Translations under genes and position numbers: made by a program | Notes under the pieces: generated by a model | Databases searched by the model: none | Told to the model about the DNA's origin: nothing | Seen by the model: only the letters and a program-made list of their open reading frames with translations | Origin: an uncultured Ruminococcus sp. | Lineage (GTDB): Bacteria > Bacillota > Clostridia > Oscillospirales > Ruminococcaceae | Assembly: GCA_964505695.1 (NCBI GenBank) | Contig: CAZDJG010000001.1 | Location: 1-38,869, forward strand | DNA: 38,869 bases | Reading direction: 5' to 3' | Part shown: piece by piece, positions 1 to 9,685 of the stretch | Position numbering within the stretch: position 1 is the stretch's first letter | Layout: each line of letters starts with the position of its first letter

Positions 1-124
1 CAGATGACCGAACCAATAGAGGATTTGTCGTGAAGGAGGTTTATAGAGGTTCCCTATATCATTTCTCCATCATAAGAACCTGTTCAGCTTCGTTTTGAGC
101 AAGTTATACTATCATCAGTCTATA

Positions 125-158
125 AACAAAGCCGCCTGTGAACTTCACAAGCGGCTTT
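125..158 (-). terminator. Intrinsic terminator downstream of tRNA-Arg (possibly bidirectional)
   Basis: Inverted repeat AAAGCCGC-CTGTGAA / TTCACAA-GCGGCTTT; U-rich run follows on the minus strand. Confidence 0.75.
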
Positions 159-164
159 AATGCG

Positions 165-241
165 TGGTCTGCCCGACGGGAATTGAACCCACAGCCTTCA
201 GAGTCGGAGTCTGACGCTCTATCCGATTGAGCTACGGACAG
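165..241 (-). tRNA. tRNA-Arg (anticodon CCG), 77 nt, CCA encoded
   Basis: Reverse complement folds as a cloverleaf: acceptor CTGTCCG/CGGGCAG-A-CCA, D-arm TAGCTCAATCGGATAGAGC, anticodon arm TCAGA-CT-CCG-AC-TCTGA, T-loop GGTTCAATTCC. Confidence 0.97.
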
Positions 242-254
242 CGAACCATAATTT

Positions 255-284
255 ATTATATAACAACACTGTGCAGAATGTCAA
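255..284 (-). promoter_or_regulatory. sigma70/sigmaA promoter of the tRNA
   Basis: TTGACA-18 nt-TATAAT on the minus strand just upstream of the tRNA 5' end. Confidence 0.8.
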
Positions 285-328
285 GCAAAAAATGTAAACA
301 GTTTACAAGCTTGCACTCTGTATCCGAC

Positions 329-359
329 CACCGTATTCTCCCTGTGCGGAGATACGGTG
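329..359 (-). terminator. Stem-loop after cheD (3' end of flagellar transcript; no U-tract)
   Basis: CACCGTA(T)TCTCC / GGAGATACGGTG, 12-bp stem with one bulge, 8 nt after the cheD stop. Confidence 0.45.
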
Positions 360-367
360 ATTTTGCG

Positions 368-841
368 TTATACCCTGATAGTGGGCTTTGTAGCGGCTCT
401 GACCTCCATGATGCCGTCCTCGGAATAAAAAAATACCGTTCTGCCGAAATTAAGTCCCGTTTGCTCGGCAATAATAGGTATTTTATATGTACCGAGAACC
501 TTCTTTACAGCTTCGACATTACGCTCGCCGATATTGAAAACTGCCGAATTGGTGCTGAACATCTGAGCACCTCCTGCAATTTTGGCGGTAAGACGGTATT
601 TTTTTGCACCTGATGTACACATTTTCTGAATAAGCTCTGTAATTCCGGTATCGGCATATCTGCGCATATTGTCTGCAGCCGAGCTTGCATCCTTGCTCCA
701 AGGGAGCATTATGTGTGCAAGTCCCGCTATTTTAGTTTCGGCGTCATAAATGCAAATTCCCACGCATGATCCCAGCGCATAGGTCGCAAGAGCTTCGGGA
801 TTTTTAACAACATTAAGATCTGCTATGCCTACGTTTACCAT
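368..841 (-). CDS. cheD: Chemoreceptor glutamine deamidase CheD
   Basis: VGIAD, LGSCVG (catalytic Cys), GLAHIMLP, KIAGGAQMF, IGERN motifs. Confidence 0.95.
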   Translation of the reverse strand: MVNVGIADLNVVKNPEALATYALGSCVGICIYDAETKIAGLAHIMLPWSKDASSAADNMRRYADTGITELIQKMCTSGAKKYRLTAKIAGGAQMFSTNSAVFNIGERNVEAVKKVLGTYKIPIIAEQTGLNFGRTVFFYSEDGIMEVRAATKPTIRV

Positions 842-900
842 TGTATGCTACAACCTCCAATATCGGCAAAGCCGGATTTTTTGGTCACGGAAAGCTTTGC

Positions 901-1542
901 TTAGATTTCAATGCCAAGCCTTGAAAAAAGCGTTTCAAGGGACGACAGTTCGGGAACAAGGATCATATTGCTCTTTATCTCCCTGTTTTGATCAACTGTA
1001 TTATCTCCAAAAATAAAGCTGTCATCAATAAAAAGAACTCTGTTGCCTATCTGTGCAAACTCAACGGCAGGAACGGCAAGTATCGCTCCCGCCATATCAA
1101 CGCTTATGGTGGGAACGGAAATATCGATAGTAAGTCCCGTAAGGGAGGAAATTGCGTTTACATATGAGCCCGCAAGGATATTTCCCATTTCGGTTATAAA
1201 GGAAATGTCCATTTCGTCAAGGGCAGTAAGTTCTGCGACCTCCTTGCCGAAAACGGAATTTATCATTGAGCCTGCAAAGCTTTTCTGGAGAACATAGAGC
1301 ATCATGCCGTTGATATCGCCGCTGAGGGTCACAAGCATACCGAGAACGATATTTTCGGGACCTCCCAGATATTCCACAGTTTCATTAAATTCAAGGAGCT
1401 TTACCGTAGGCACGGAAATATCTATGGACTTTCCTATCATCTGAGAAAGTGAGCTTGCAGCATTTCCCTGCCCGATATTTCCTATTTCGCGCAATACGTC
1501 GAAGTGCATAGAGTTGAGCTGTTCCATATTGTTAAGAGACAT
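901..1542 (-). CDS. cheC: CheY-P phosphatase CheC
   Basis: Two ExxN phosphatase motifs (LREIGNIG, ITEMGNIL); adjacent to cheD. Confidence 0.93.
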   Translation of the reverse strand: MSLNNMEQLNSMHFDVLREIGNIGQGNAASSLSQMIGKSIDISVPTVKLLEFNETVEYLGGPENIVLGMLVTLSGDINGMMLYVLQKSFAGSMINSVFGKEVAELTALDEMDISFITEMGNILAGSYVNAISSLTGLTIDISVPTISVDMAGAILAVPAVEFAQIGNRVLFIDDSFIFGDNTVDQNREIKSNMILVPELSSLETLFSRLGIEI

Positions 1543-1571
1543 AGCGGTTATCGTTCCTTTCTAAAAACGCT

Positions 1572-2303
1572 TTAGTTTCTGATATTATTTATGAGATTAT
1601 TCAGCTCGTCATGGAGCTTTACCATATTTACGTTAAGCTGAAATGCCCTCTGATATTCGATGACCTTTGACATTTCGTTAGCAACGTCAGTGCCGCTTGC
1701 CTCCATATATCCCTGCTTTATACTGATAGTATCGTCGGGAATTGCCTCGCCGCTGGAGCCTGTATTGATGTAATAGTTATCGCCGAACTGGTCAAGACCG
1801 TAGGGATTTTCAAACCTGTACGTACCTATCATAGGGATAAGGGCAGTATAATCTATCTCATCGTCCTCGGTAAAGGGAACGGTTATCCTGTTTCCCTCCC
1901 CGTCGAGGACAAAGCTTCCCTTGCTGTCGCAGAGCTGCCATGTGCCGTTTCCGTCAATATCGGTGATGTAAAACGCTCCGTCCTTTGTATAAGCGGTATT
2001 GCCGGAAGGCGTTTCCACAGCGAAAAAGCCTTCGTTGAGAGCGGCAAAGTCAAGATCTCTTTCAGTGTGGCGGAGGGTAGACTGCTCAAACATAAGGTCG
2101 GTCTTGTCGATCTTGATGCCGTGACCTGTCTGGACCTCCTCGATATTGTTGTTGCGCTTTGTATATATAAGGTCGGCAAATGACGGACGAGACGCCTTAA
2201 AGCCGTAGGTATTTACGTTTGCAAGGTTGTTGGCTGTGATGTCCATGCCCGTCTGATAGCTGATAACGCCCGATGCGGCAGTAAAAAAGCCTATTCTTCC
2301 CAT
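1572..2303 (-). CDS. flgG: Flagellar basal-body rod protein, FlgG/FlhP type
   Basis: ANNLANVNTYGFK N-terminal rod motif; YTKDGAF; C-terminal EMSKVIEYQRAFQLN. Confidence 0.8.
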   Translation of the reverse strand: MGRIGFFTAASGVISYQTGMDITANNLANVNTYGFKASRPSFADLIYTKRNNNIEEVQTGHGIKIDKTDLMFEQSTLRHTERDLDFAALNEGFFAVETPSGNTAYTKDGAFYITDIDGNGTWQLCDSKGSFVLDGEGNRITVPFTEDDEIDYTALIPMIGTYRFENPYGLDQFGDNYYINTGSSGEAIPDDTISIKQGYMEASGTDVANEMSKVIEYQRAFQLNVNMVKLHDELNNLINNIRN

Positions 2304-2329
2304 TTTACAGCACCTCTTTCATGTCACGG

Positions 2330-3085
2330 TTATATTTTCATCAAATCATTTACGGCGATCTGGTTAATGGAATTTACTATCTGGAGAGCCTGAGTATTTG
2401 CTCTGAAAAGCGCATTTGCGTCCATTGCCTTTGTCATTTCATCGGCAATGTCCACATTTGAGCGCTCATACCAGCCCTGACGTATCCGGTAGACCATTCC
2501 GTCGGGGATATTGTCCCAGCCCAGATCCTCATAGGGACGGAAAAGGTTCGTGTCGATCTTTTCAACGTCCGAAGTATCCTCCACAAAGGTAAGAGCAAGC
2601 TGTATATCCCGTCCGTCGTCAACGTGTATAACGCCGTCCTCAGTAACTGTAAAGTCGGCGGTTCCGAGGAGTATCTCATTTCCGTTGTTGTCTATGACCC
2701 TGCCTGCAGAGCCGAGGGCAAGATATCCGTCGTTATCTATATTGAACTGACCGTTTCTTGTAAGGAGAACATCATCGCTGTTTCTGCGCCGGATATTGAA
2801 ATATACCGAACCCATAACTGCCATATCCAGCCTTGAGCCTGTGTTTTCAAAGGTTCCCTGCTCAAGGGAGGTGAAGGTATCTTCAATGGTTCTGTATCTG
2901 ATAGTTCCCGTTTCGCTTCTTTCGCCGTCTGCAAGCAGCAGAAGATTATCCTCAAAGGTGGTGGGGATAGCCGTATCCGTCTTATATCCCGCTGTTTTCA
3001 CGTTTGAAAGGTTGTTTGTGATAACATTAAGTATCCGTTCCTCATTGATAATGCCATTGGCAGCGGTGTAATATCCTCTTAGCAT
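2330..3085 (-). CDS. flgF: Flagellar basal-body rod protein, FlgF/FlgG (FlhO) type
   Basis: MLRGYYTAANG, NNLSNVKTAGYK, LTRNGQF, ERSNVDIADEM. Confidence 0.75.
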   Translation of the reverse strand: MLRGYYTAANGIINEERILNVITNNLSNVKTAGYKTDTAIPTTFEDNLLLLADGERSETGTIRYRTIEDTFTSLEQGTFENTGSRLDMAVMGSVYFNIRRRNSDDVLLTRNGQFNIDNDGYLALGSAGRVIDNNGNEILLGTADFTVTEDGVIHVDDGRDIQLALTFVEDTSDVEKIDTNLFRPYEDLGWDNIPDGMVYRIRQGWYERSNVDIADEMTKAMDANALFRANTQALQIVNSINQIAVNDLMKI

Positions 3086-3098
3086 GGTTTTTCTCCTT

Positions 3099-3863
3099 TC
3101 ATTTGTCCATATATTCCGAGAGGCTTTCTCTCAGCTTTTCCACAGCTTTTGCGTGTATCTGGCACACTCTTGATTCGGATATGTCCAGCACCTGCGCAAT
3201 TTCCGAATATTTAAGCTTTTCGTAATAGTAAAGGGTTATGACGGTGCGTTCCTTTTCTTTAAGCTCCCTGATCGCAGCAGCAAGCTGATCTCTGCGTTCC
3301 GTGAGCATAAGGCGGCTTTCCGCCTCATTGAATTCTCCGCTTTCCGCGGCAGTTTCAAAGCCGCCGAATAGCAGCTCCTCAAATGACAAGGTTTGGGACG
3401 CCGCCGATCTTGCGGAAAAGTTATCAAGCTTTTCCACGGTGATACCAAGCTTTTTTGCAAGCTCTTCTCTTGTCGGCTCTCTGTCAAGGCTTGCGTACAG
3501 GTCTGAAAACGCCCTGTCATATTCCCTGGCAAATTTTCTCACGCTTCTGGGAACGTTGTCCATTTTCCTGATATAATCTATAATAGCGCCTCTTACCTTA
3601 ATGGACGCATAGGTGTCGAATTTAACGTTTTTTTTGGGGTCATAGCTTTCTGCCGCAGCCATAAGCGCAAGTACCGCTTCATTGGAGATATCGTCATCGT
3701 CGGTATATCTGCGGAACATATTCCTTGTGGAGATAACCGCATAGCGCACAATATGGATACTTTGCATAACTATCTCATTTCGCAGAGCCTTGTCACCCGT
3801 AAGGCGATATTTTTCAAAGAGAACGGAAATATCCGCAGCGGTTTCGCTGCCGGCTGCATACAT
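3099..3863 (-). CDS. fliA: RNA polymerase sigma factor FliA/SigD (sigma28)
   Basis: FDTYASIKVRGAIIDYIRK (region 2); LYYYEKLKYSEIAQVLDISESRVCQIH (region 4). Confidence 0.93.
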   Translation of the reverse strand: MYAAGSETAADISVLFEKYRLTGDKALRNEIVMQSIHIVRYAVISTRNMFRRYTDDDDISNEAVLALMAAAESYDPKKNVKFDTYASIKVRGAIIDYIRKMDNVPRSVRKFAREYDRAFSDLYASLDREPTREELAKKLGITVEKLDNFSARSAASQTLSFEELLFGGFETAAESGEFNEAESRLMLTERRDQLAAAIRELKEKERTVITLYYYEKLKYSEIAQVLDISESRVCQIHAKAVEKLRESLSEYMDK

Positions 3864-3939
3864 ATCTGTGACCTTTCCTTTCCGAGCCTTGTTCCCTTTA
3901 GGTCATAAGGCTCTTTTTCAGATTTGTCAATATATGCCG

Positions 3940-6018
3940 TCAAATGCTCACATTGCCAACAGCCTGTATCTGAACAGAATTATCTATTTCGTTGAAGCTC
4001 AGAACGGTAATTCCCGGAATGAACTGATCCACAAGCTTTTTGAAATAGATACGCACAATGGGCGAGGTAAGCACGATGGGCGACGGCACAACGTCCTTGA
4101 TCTTTTCGATCTGGGCGTTAAGCGAGGCGATAAGCGACTGAATGGACTGCGGATCCATCGCAAGGTAGGAGCCTTGCTCGGATTTCTTGACGGAGGCGAC
4201 TATCTTGTTCTCCGTTTCTGTATCGAGGGTGATAACTCTTATCTGACCGCCGTCTGCAAATCTGTGGGTAATGGTGCGTTTGAGCGCCTGACGGACATAT
4301 TCGTTGGTAATGTCAAGATCCTTCATATTGTGCTGATTGTCTGCAAGAGTTTCAAGAATGGTCTGCATATCCCTGATGGGGATATTTTCTTTAAGCAGCA
4401 GACAAAGCTCCTTCTGAAGGTATGCTATCGGCACAACGTTCGGAACGATATCCTCCACCACAGCAGGGTTGGTTTCCTTGAGCTTATCGAGCATAGTTTT
4501 TACGTCCTGGCGGCTGAGCAGCTCATGCGCATGATTTTTTATGACCTCGGAAAGGTGGGTTATCATTACGGAGGTGGGGTCTATAAGGGTATAGCCTGCT
4601 ATCTCCGCTTTAAGCTTGTTCTCCTCGCTTATCCATTTTGCGGGGATATTGAAGGCAGGCTCTATGGTGTCGATACCGTCCACCTCGCGGGTAACGTTTC
4701 CGCTGTCAAGGGCAAGGTAATGGTCCATAAGTATCTCGCCGTCTGCCACGGTTTCGCCCTTTATCTTGATAATATACTGGTTGGGGTTTATGTGCTGGTT
4801 ATCCCTCATTCTTACCGACGGGAAGACCATTCCCATATCGAGAGCGAACTGCTTTCGGAAGATGACCACACGTTCGATGAACGTTCCTCCCGCGGACTCG
4901 TCCGCAAGGGGAATAAGGGAATATCCGAACTCCATTTCCACAGGCTCGACGTTCAAAAGCTTATAAACGTTGTCGATATCCTTGTAATATTCCATTTCGG
5001 AAATGGCGTCCTTATTTTCCTCCATTTCCTTGACATTCTGCTCGTGAGCAATATCACCCTCGGCAGTCCGCATAGAGCGTCCCAGTCCCACGCCCAGAGC
5101 GATAAGAGCGCCGCCCAGAACAAAGAGCGTAAGAGTGGGAAATCCGGGAATAAGACCCATTACAAGCATTACAATGCCTGCGATCATGGGTACTCTCGGC
5201 TGAGAGGTGAACTGACCGAGAACGTCGTCGTTAAGGGATTCTTCGGAAGCGGCACGGGTAACTATCATACCCATTGCCACGGAAATGAGGAGAGAGGGTA
5301 TCTGTGAGCAAAGACCGTCTCCCACGGTTGCTATGGAGTAGGAGGAAAGCACGTCGGAAAACTCCATTCCGTCGAACACAAGACCCATTATCGCTCCGCC
5401 GAGAAGATTTACGATAGCGGCAACGATAGAAAAGGTAGCATCTCCCTTTACAAACTTTGCGGCACCGTCCATAGCGCCGAAAAAGTCGGATTCCCGCTGT
5501 ATCTTGTCACGCCTGTGCTTTGCCTCTGCGTCGTCGATGATGCCCTGATTAAGGTCGGCGTCGATAGCCATCTGCTTTCCGGGCATAGCGTCAAGGGTAA
5601 ATCTTGCAGTTACCTCAGCAACACGCTCCGCGCCCTTGGTGATTACCACCATCTGCACAACGGTAATGAGAATAAATACAATAAATCCCACAACGGCGTT
5701 GCCCTGCATAACGAATGTGCCGAACGCCTTTACTATTTCCCCCGCATAGCCCTGATTGAGCAGTATGGAACGGGTAGAGGATATGTTAAGACCCAGTCTG
5801 AAAACCGTAGTTATCAGGAGCAGGGACGGAAATATCGAAAATTCAAGTGATTCCTTTATGTACATCGTGGTAAGGAGAATGTACACCGACAGGGCGATGT
5901 TCACAGCAAAAAGCAGATCAAGCAGCCATGTGGGCAAAGGAATGAATATGAGAAAGATAGCAAGGATGACAAATACCGTCACAAAATTCTTGCCGACTAT
6001 TTTTTTTAGGAAATTCAC
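3940..6018 (-). CDS. flhA: Flagellar export gate protein FlhA (GTG start)
   Basis: ITKGAERVAEVTARFTLDAMPGKQMAIDADL and FFGAMDGAAKFVKGDA FHIPEP motifs; 692 aa. Confidence 0.98.
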   Translation of the reverse strand: MNFLKKIVGKNFVTVFVILAIFLIFIPLPTWLLDLLFAVNIALSVYILLTTMYIKESLEFSIFPSLLLITTVFRLGLNISSTRSILLNQGYAGEIVKAFGTFVMQGNAVVGFIVFILITVVQMVVITKGAERVAEVTARFTLDAMPGKQMAIDADLNQGIIDDAEAKHRRDKIQRESDFFGAMDGAAKFVKGDATFSIVAAIVNLLGGAIMGLVFDGMEFSDVLSSYSIATVGDGLCSQIPSLLISVAMGMIVTRAASEESLNDDVLGQFTSQPRVPMIAGIVMLVMGLIPGFPTLTLFVLGGALIALGVGLGRSMRTAEGDIAHEQNVKEMEENKDAISEMEYYKDIDNVYKLLNVEPVEMEFGYSLIPLADESAGGTFIERVVIFRKQFALDMGMVFPSVRMRDNQHINPNQYIIKIKGETVADGEILMDHYLALDSGNVTREVDGIDTIEPAFNIPAKWISEENKLKAEIAGYTLIDPTSVMITHLSEVIKNHAHELLSRQDVKTMLDKLKETNPAVVEDIVPNVVPIAYLQKELCLLLKENIPIRDMQTILETLADNQHNMKDLDITNEYVRQALKRTITHRFADGGQIRVITLDTETENKIVASVKKSEQGSYLAMDPQSIQSLIASLNAQIEKIKDVVPSPIVLTSPIVRIYFKKLVDQFIPGITVLSFNEIDNSVQIQAVGNVSI

Positions 6019-6057
6019 TTAGGTTCTGCCAACCTCCTTGCCGTAAAATATCCGGCG

Positions 6058-7206
6058 TCAGTAATTGAACGGGAAAGACGACGGCTGAGAGGACGTGAGA
6101 TCCTTCGGGAGAGGCTTGTTTTTCAGCTTGAACACAAACCAGAGAACGTCTGCCGCCGCCTGATAAAATTCGGGCGTTATTTCCCTGCCCACATCGATCT
6201 TTTCATAAAGTCCCCTTGCCAGCGGAACGTTTTCCACAGTAGGGACGTCATGCTCTGCGGCGATATCCGCAATTCTCAGCGCCGCCATATCCTTGCCCTT
6301 GGCAACGACCACGGGAGCCGAATTTTTCTTTTGCGGATCATACGGGTCATATTTTATGGCAACCGCAAAATGGGTAGGGTTACGGATAACAACGTCTGCG
6401 CCGGGTACGTCCTGCATCATACGCTGAGTTGCCATCTGCTGCTGGATCGCACGCCGCTTGCCCTTGATCTTGGGGTCGCCCTCCATTTGCTTGAACTCGT
6501 CCTTTACCTCCTGCTTTGTCATTTTAAGGTCGTTTTCATAGGAATACCGCTGGAAAAGGAAGTCCGCTGCGGCAATGGCGGTAAACACCATTCCTATCGA
6601 CATTACGATCGAAAATACCGATTGAGCTATATAAACAACGCCGCTCATGGGTTCGAGGTATATGAGCCTTACTATCTGAGGCAGGCTTTCCGATATCTCC
6701 CCGTAGACCACGGCAATGAGGACTATCATCTTCAGCAGGGACTTGAAAAGCTCAAAAATACCTTTAAGCGAAAACATTTTCTTGATGCCGTTAATGGGAT
6801 TGAGCTTGTCAAGCTTGAATTTAAGATTTTCTAAGGAAATCAGAAATTTTGTCTGAATGCCTGTTGCCGCGATCGCAACAACAAATGACACGGCAAGAAC
6901 CGCGCCCGCGGTTATGAAAAAGGTTTTCGTAAGATCCGTGATAAGACTTCTTGCGAAGCTTTCCTTTCCTACATAAGCGATATCGCCTATACCGTTTCCC
7001 GCCATAGAAAGATATTTTGTCATGCACTGACCCAGCTCCTCAAACGCCATAGGCGCTGAAAGCCGAAGTACAAAAAATGTAAGAAACAGGGAACAGACCA
7101 CAGCCACGTCCTGACTTTTAAGGACCTGTCCTTTTTTTCGGGCGTCCTTTCGCTTTTTGTCCGTGGCTTGTTCGGTTTTTTCCTCGCCGTTTGCGTTTTC
7201 AGCCAT
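6058..7206 (-). CDS. flhB: Flagellar export protein FlhB
   Basis: EEKTEQAT N-terminus, MTKQEVKDEFKQMEGDP, NPTH autocleavage motif. Confidence 0.98.
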   Translation of the reverse strand: MAENANGEEKTEQATDKKRKDARKKGQVLKSQDVAVVCSLFLTFFVLRLSAPMAFEELGQCMTKYLSMAGNGIGDIAYVGKESFARSLITDLTKTFFITAGAVLAVSFVVAIAATGIQTKFLISLENLKFKLDKLNPINGIKKMFSLKGIFELFKSLLKMIVLIAVVYGEISESLPQIVRLIYLEPMSGVVYIAQSVFSIVMSIGMVFTAIAAADFLFQRYSYENDLKMTKQEVKDEFKQMEGDPKIKGKRRAIQQQMATQRMMQDVPGADVVIRNPTHFAVAIKYDPYDPQKKNSAPVVVAKGKDMAALRIADIAAEHDVPTVENVPLARGLYEKIDVGREITPEFYQAAADVLWFVFKLKNKPLPKDLTSSQPSSFPFNY

Positions 7207-7217
7207 AAAAATTCCTT

Positions 7218-8006
7218 TCAGCCATTCTGCAGGATAATAGGCAGTATATCCTTGCAGGTGTTAAGAAGCTTATCGGTATAGTCGGCAATAAAATCGCTCA
7301 AGGGAGAGGTTATTGCAAACAAAATGATAAATCCGAAGATGACCTTGAGCTGAATGTTTACAACCATTATCTGTATCTGAGGAACAGCCTTCATAAGCAC
7401 GCCCACGCAGAATTCGACGATAAGCTCCGCCGCAGCTACGGGCATAGCAAGCTGCATCATCAGCACAAGTATGTGTGAAAACATCTCAGTCATCTGCCAG
7501 CCCAGATCCCCGTTTACATATCCGCTGCACAGCGGAAGAATCTCAAAGGAATCCGCAAAAATGCGGATAAGGGTGAGATGGGCGTTTGAAACAAAGAAGT
7601 ACAGATACATCACAAAGCCTGTGTATGAGCCGTACATGGACATCTGAATGGAGGTCGAGGGATCGAATACCTTTGCCATTCCAAGACCTGCCTGAGCGTC
7701 CATGATATCGCCTGCAAGGTAGATCATGTACACGAACAGGTCGCACACAAAACCCAGAACCAGACCGATAAAAAGCTCTCTCACAAAGCACATGACATAC
7801 TGCCCCATAGTGTTTCCCGTATCAACAGCGCCGGTATCCAGCGTAAGAGCCACAACATAGGTAATAAGCAGCGTTGCGCCGACCCTTACCCTTGCCGGGA
7901 TATTTGAACGGGAAAGAATGGGATTAAAGGAAAATATGCCGAGTATTCTTGCGAATATCAGCAATTTTATTTCAAAATTGTCAAACAGAACATCCCAGAA
8001 ATCCAT
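7218..8006 (-). CDS. fliR: Flagellar export protein FliR
   Basis: Hydrophobic 262 aa, KAVPQIQ motif, between fliQ and flhB. Confidence 0.95.
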   Translation of the reverse strand: MDFWDVLFDNFEIKLLIFARILGIFSFNPILSRSNIPARVRVGATLLITYVVALTLDTGAVDTGNTMGQYVMCFVRELFIGLVLGFVCDLFVYMIYLAGDIMDAQAGLGMAKVFDPSTSIQMSMYGSYTGFVMYLYFFVSNAHLTLIRIFADSFEILPLCSGYVNGDLGWQMTEMFSHILVLMMQLAMPVAAAELIVEFCVGVLMKAVPQIQIMVVNIQLKVIFGFIILFAITSPLSDFIADYTDKLLNTCKDILPIILQNG

Positions 8007-8017
8007 ACTTGCCTCTT

Positions 8018-8302
8018 TCAGGAAGAAACGGTCTGAGTGCTGACAGTTTCGATCATCTGGAATATCTCTTGTACAAAGCTTTCCGTACTCGCCATGAAGA
8101 ACGAGGCACAGACAAGCAGTACAAGAGCTATTGTTATAAGCTTGGGAACAAAGCTGAGCGTCTGCTCGTGAACCTGAGTCGCCGCCTGAATAACGGCTAT
8201 CACAATGCCCACCAGCATACTGAGAATAAGCAAGGGACCTGCAAGCTTAAAGGTAAGGATCATGGCGTCCTTAAAAATCTGAATAACCGAATCCTCGGTC
8301 AT
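8018..8302 (-). CDS. fliQ: Flagellar export protein FliQ
   Basis: IQAATQVHEQTLSFVPKL motif. Confidence 0.97.
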   Translation of the reverse strand: MTEDSVIQIFKDAMILTFKLAGPLLILSMLVGIVIAVIQAATQVHEQTLSFVPKLITIALVLLVCASFFMASTESFVQEIFQMIETVSTQTVSS

Positions 8303-8323
8303 CGACCCTGCCTCCTCTCATTT

Positions 8324-9295
8324 CTAAACGACAAAGCCTGAAACAAGCGAGCCTGCCAGGAGCTGCCAGCCGTCCACAAGCACGAACAGCAGAATTTTAA
8401 AGGGCATTGACACCGTCGAGGGCGGCATCATCATCATACCCATTGACATAAGCACAGAGGAAACCACCATGTCTATTACCAGAAACGGTATAAAGAGCAG
8501 GAAGCCTATCTGAAAGCCTATTTTTATTTCACTGAGGATAAATGCGGGCGCAACGAGCCTGAAAGGCACTGTTTCCACAAATTCCTCCTCTGTCTGAGTG
8601 GAATAATCCTCTCCCGAAAGGTCAATGAAAAATGCCATAGTTTCGTTTGAGGTATTTTTAAGCATCCATTCCTTTAACGGAACCGATGCAGCCTTCACCG
8701 CCTCAACAGAAGTATATTCCCCGTTTTTATAGGGAACGTAAGCCACTTCATTCATCTCGTCCACTACAGGAGACATGATAAAAAGGGTAAGAAAAAGTGC
8801 AAGACCTATCATCACCTGATTGGGAGGAGTGGTCTGAACGCCCATTGCATTTCTTAACAGCGAAAAAGCTATAATGATCCTTGTAAAGCAGGTAGTCATT
8901 ATAAGAATAGACGGCGCAAGGGATAAGATAGTTATCAGAATTACCAGATCAAGGGTATTGGAATTCTGATTTACGTCCAGCAGATCGAGTATGCTGTCTG
9001 CGTCCTCCTCATCGTCATGGGTGACAGGCTCATTATAGGGAAGAGTAGTAACGGGTTCTGTTACCGATTGTTCCGGAGGGACGGTCTGAGCGGTTTCGGG
9101 AACAGTAGTTGTAACGTTGGATATCTGCGTTTCCATCTGTGTTACAGCGGAAACGACTCCCTCGCTTTCGGGATTTGCCGCAGCATAAACGCCTATCCCC
9201 ACAGCTCCCCACATTACCGCAGCCGTGCATATACCGACAGCGGCAGTCCTTTTCAGCCACTTTGGTATTGCGGCGGATATATTCAATTTCATCAT
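8324..9295 (-). CDS. fliP: Flagellar export protein FliP with long N-terminal extension (323 aa)
   Basis: MTTCFTRIII, TPPNQV, PFLVIDMVVSSVLMSMGMMMMPP, LFVLVDGW; start moved to the ATG after an AAAGGCGG RBS. Confidence 0.95.
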   Translation of the reverse strand: MMKLNISAAIPKWLKRTAAVGICTAAVMWGAVGIGVYAAANPESEGVVSAVTQMETQISNVTTTVPETAQTVPPEQSVTEPVTTLPYNEPVTHDDEEDADSILDLLDVNQNSNTLDLVILITILSLAPSILIMTTCFTRIIIAFSLLRNAMGVQTTPPNQVMIGLALFLTLFIMSPVVDEMNEVAYVPYKNGEYTSVEAVKAASVPLKEWMLKNTSNETMAFFIDLSGEDYSTQTEEEFVETVPFRLVAPAFILSEIKIGFQIGFLLFIPFLVIDMVVSSVLMSMGMMMMPPSTVSMPFKILLFVLVDGWQLLAGSLVSGFVV

Positions 9296-9303
9296 ACCGC
9301 CTT

Positions 9304-9681
9304 TCAAAGAGTGCTGTCCTTGTCATCGTCTTCAGGGGGAGTATCCTCCCTGTGCATACGCTCCGACAGAAACTCGGAAAAGGATTTAGCAGGCGCAGCG
9401 GAAATACCTGCGGAACGGATAATTTCAATATCCTCCTCAGAAAGCTCGCACAGCAGATTTATTCCTGCACCGCTTATACCGAGGAGCAGATATTTGTTTC
9501 CTGCCTTGACTGCCGCAAGCTGCCTGTCCTGTCCCACGCCGAGGCATGAGATAACGCTCATGCCCTTGTCGCTTTTATTTCCCGAAACACGGGTAAGCGC
9601 CCTTTTCATAAGGTATAACACTCCGAGCATCAGCGCTGTAACTCCCACAAGCGCCAGTACAAGGGAGAAAACTTCAGTCAT
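9304..9681 (-). CDS. fliO: Flagellar protein FliO/FliZ (125 aa)
   Basis: Single N-terminal TM then LGVGQDRQLAAVKAGNKYLLLGIS; between cheY and fliP; start taken at the ATG after the cheY stop. Confidence 0.85.
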   Translation of the reverse strand: MTEVFSLVLALVGVTALMLGVLYLMKRALTRVSGNKSDKGMSVISCLGVGQDRQLAAVKAGNKYLLLGISGAGINLLCELSEEDIEIIRSAGISAAPAKSFSEFLSERMHREDTPPEDDDKDSTL

Positions 9682-9685
9682 ATTA

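Noticed and set aside
1-241. tRNA-Arg as an integration site for an island
   Set aside because: No integrase and no duplicated tRNA 3' end seen in the window
227-613. 128-aa plus-strand ORF
   Set aside because: Overlaps the tRNA, its promoter and cheD in antisense
860-867. Perfect sigma28 -10 (GCCGATAT) upstream of cheD
   Set aside because: No TAAA at 15-16 nt, and it abuts the RBS, so a transcript would lack the SD
3790-5307. 505-aa plus-strand ORF
   Set aside because: Antisense shadow of flhA; no recognisable motifs or RBS
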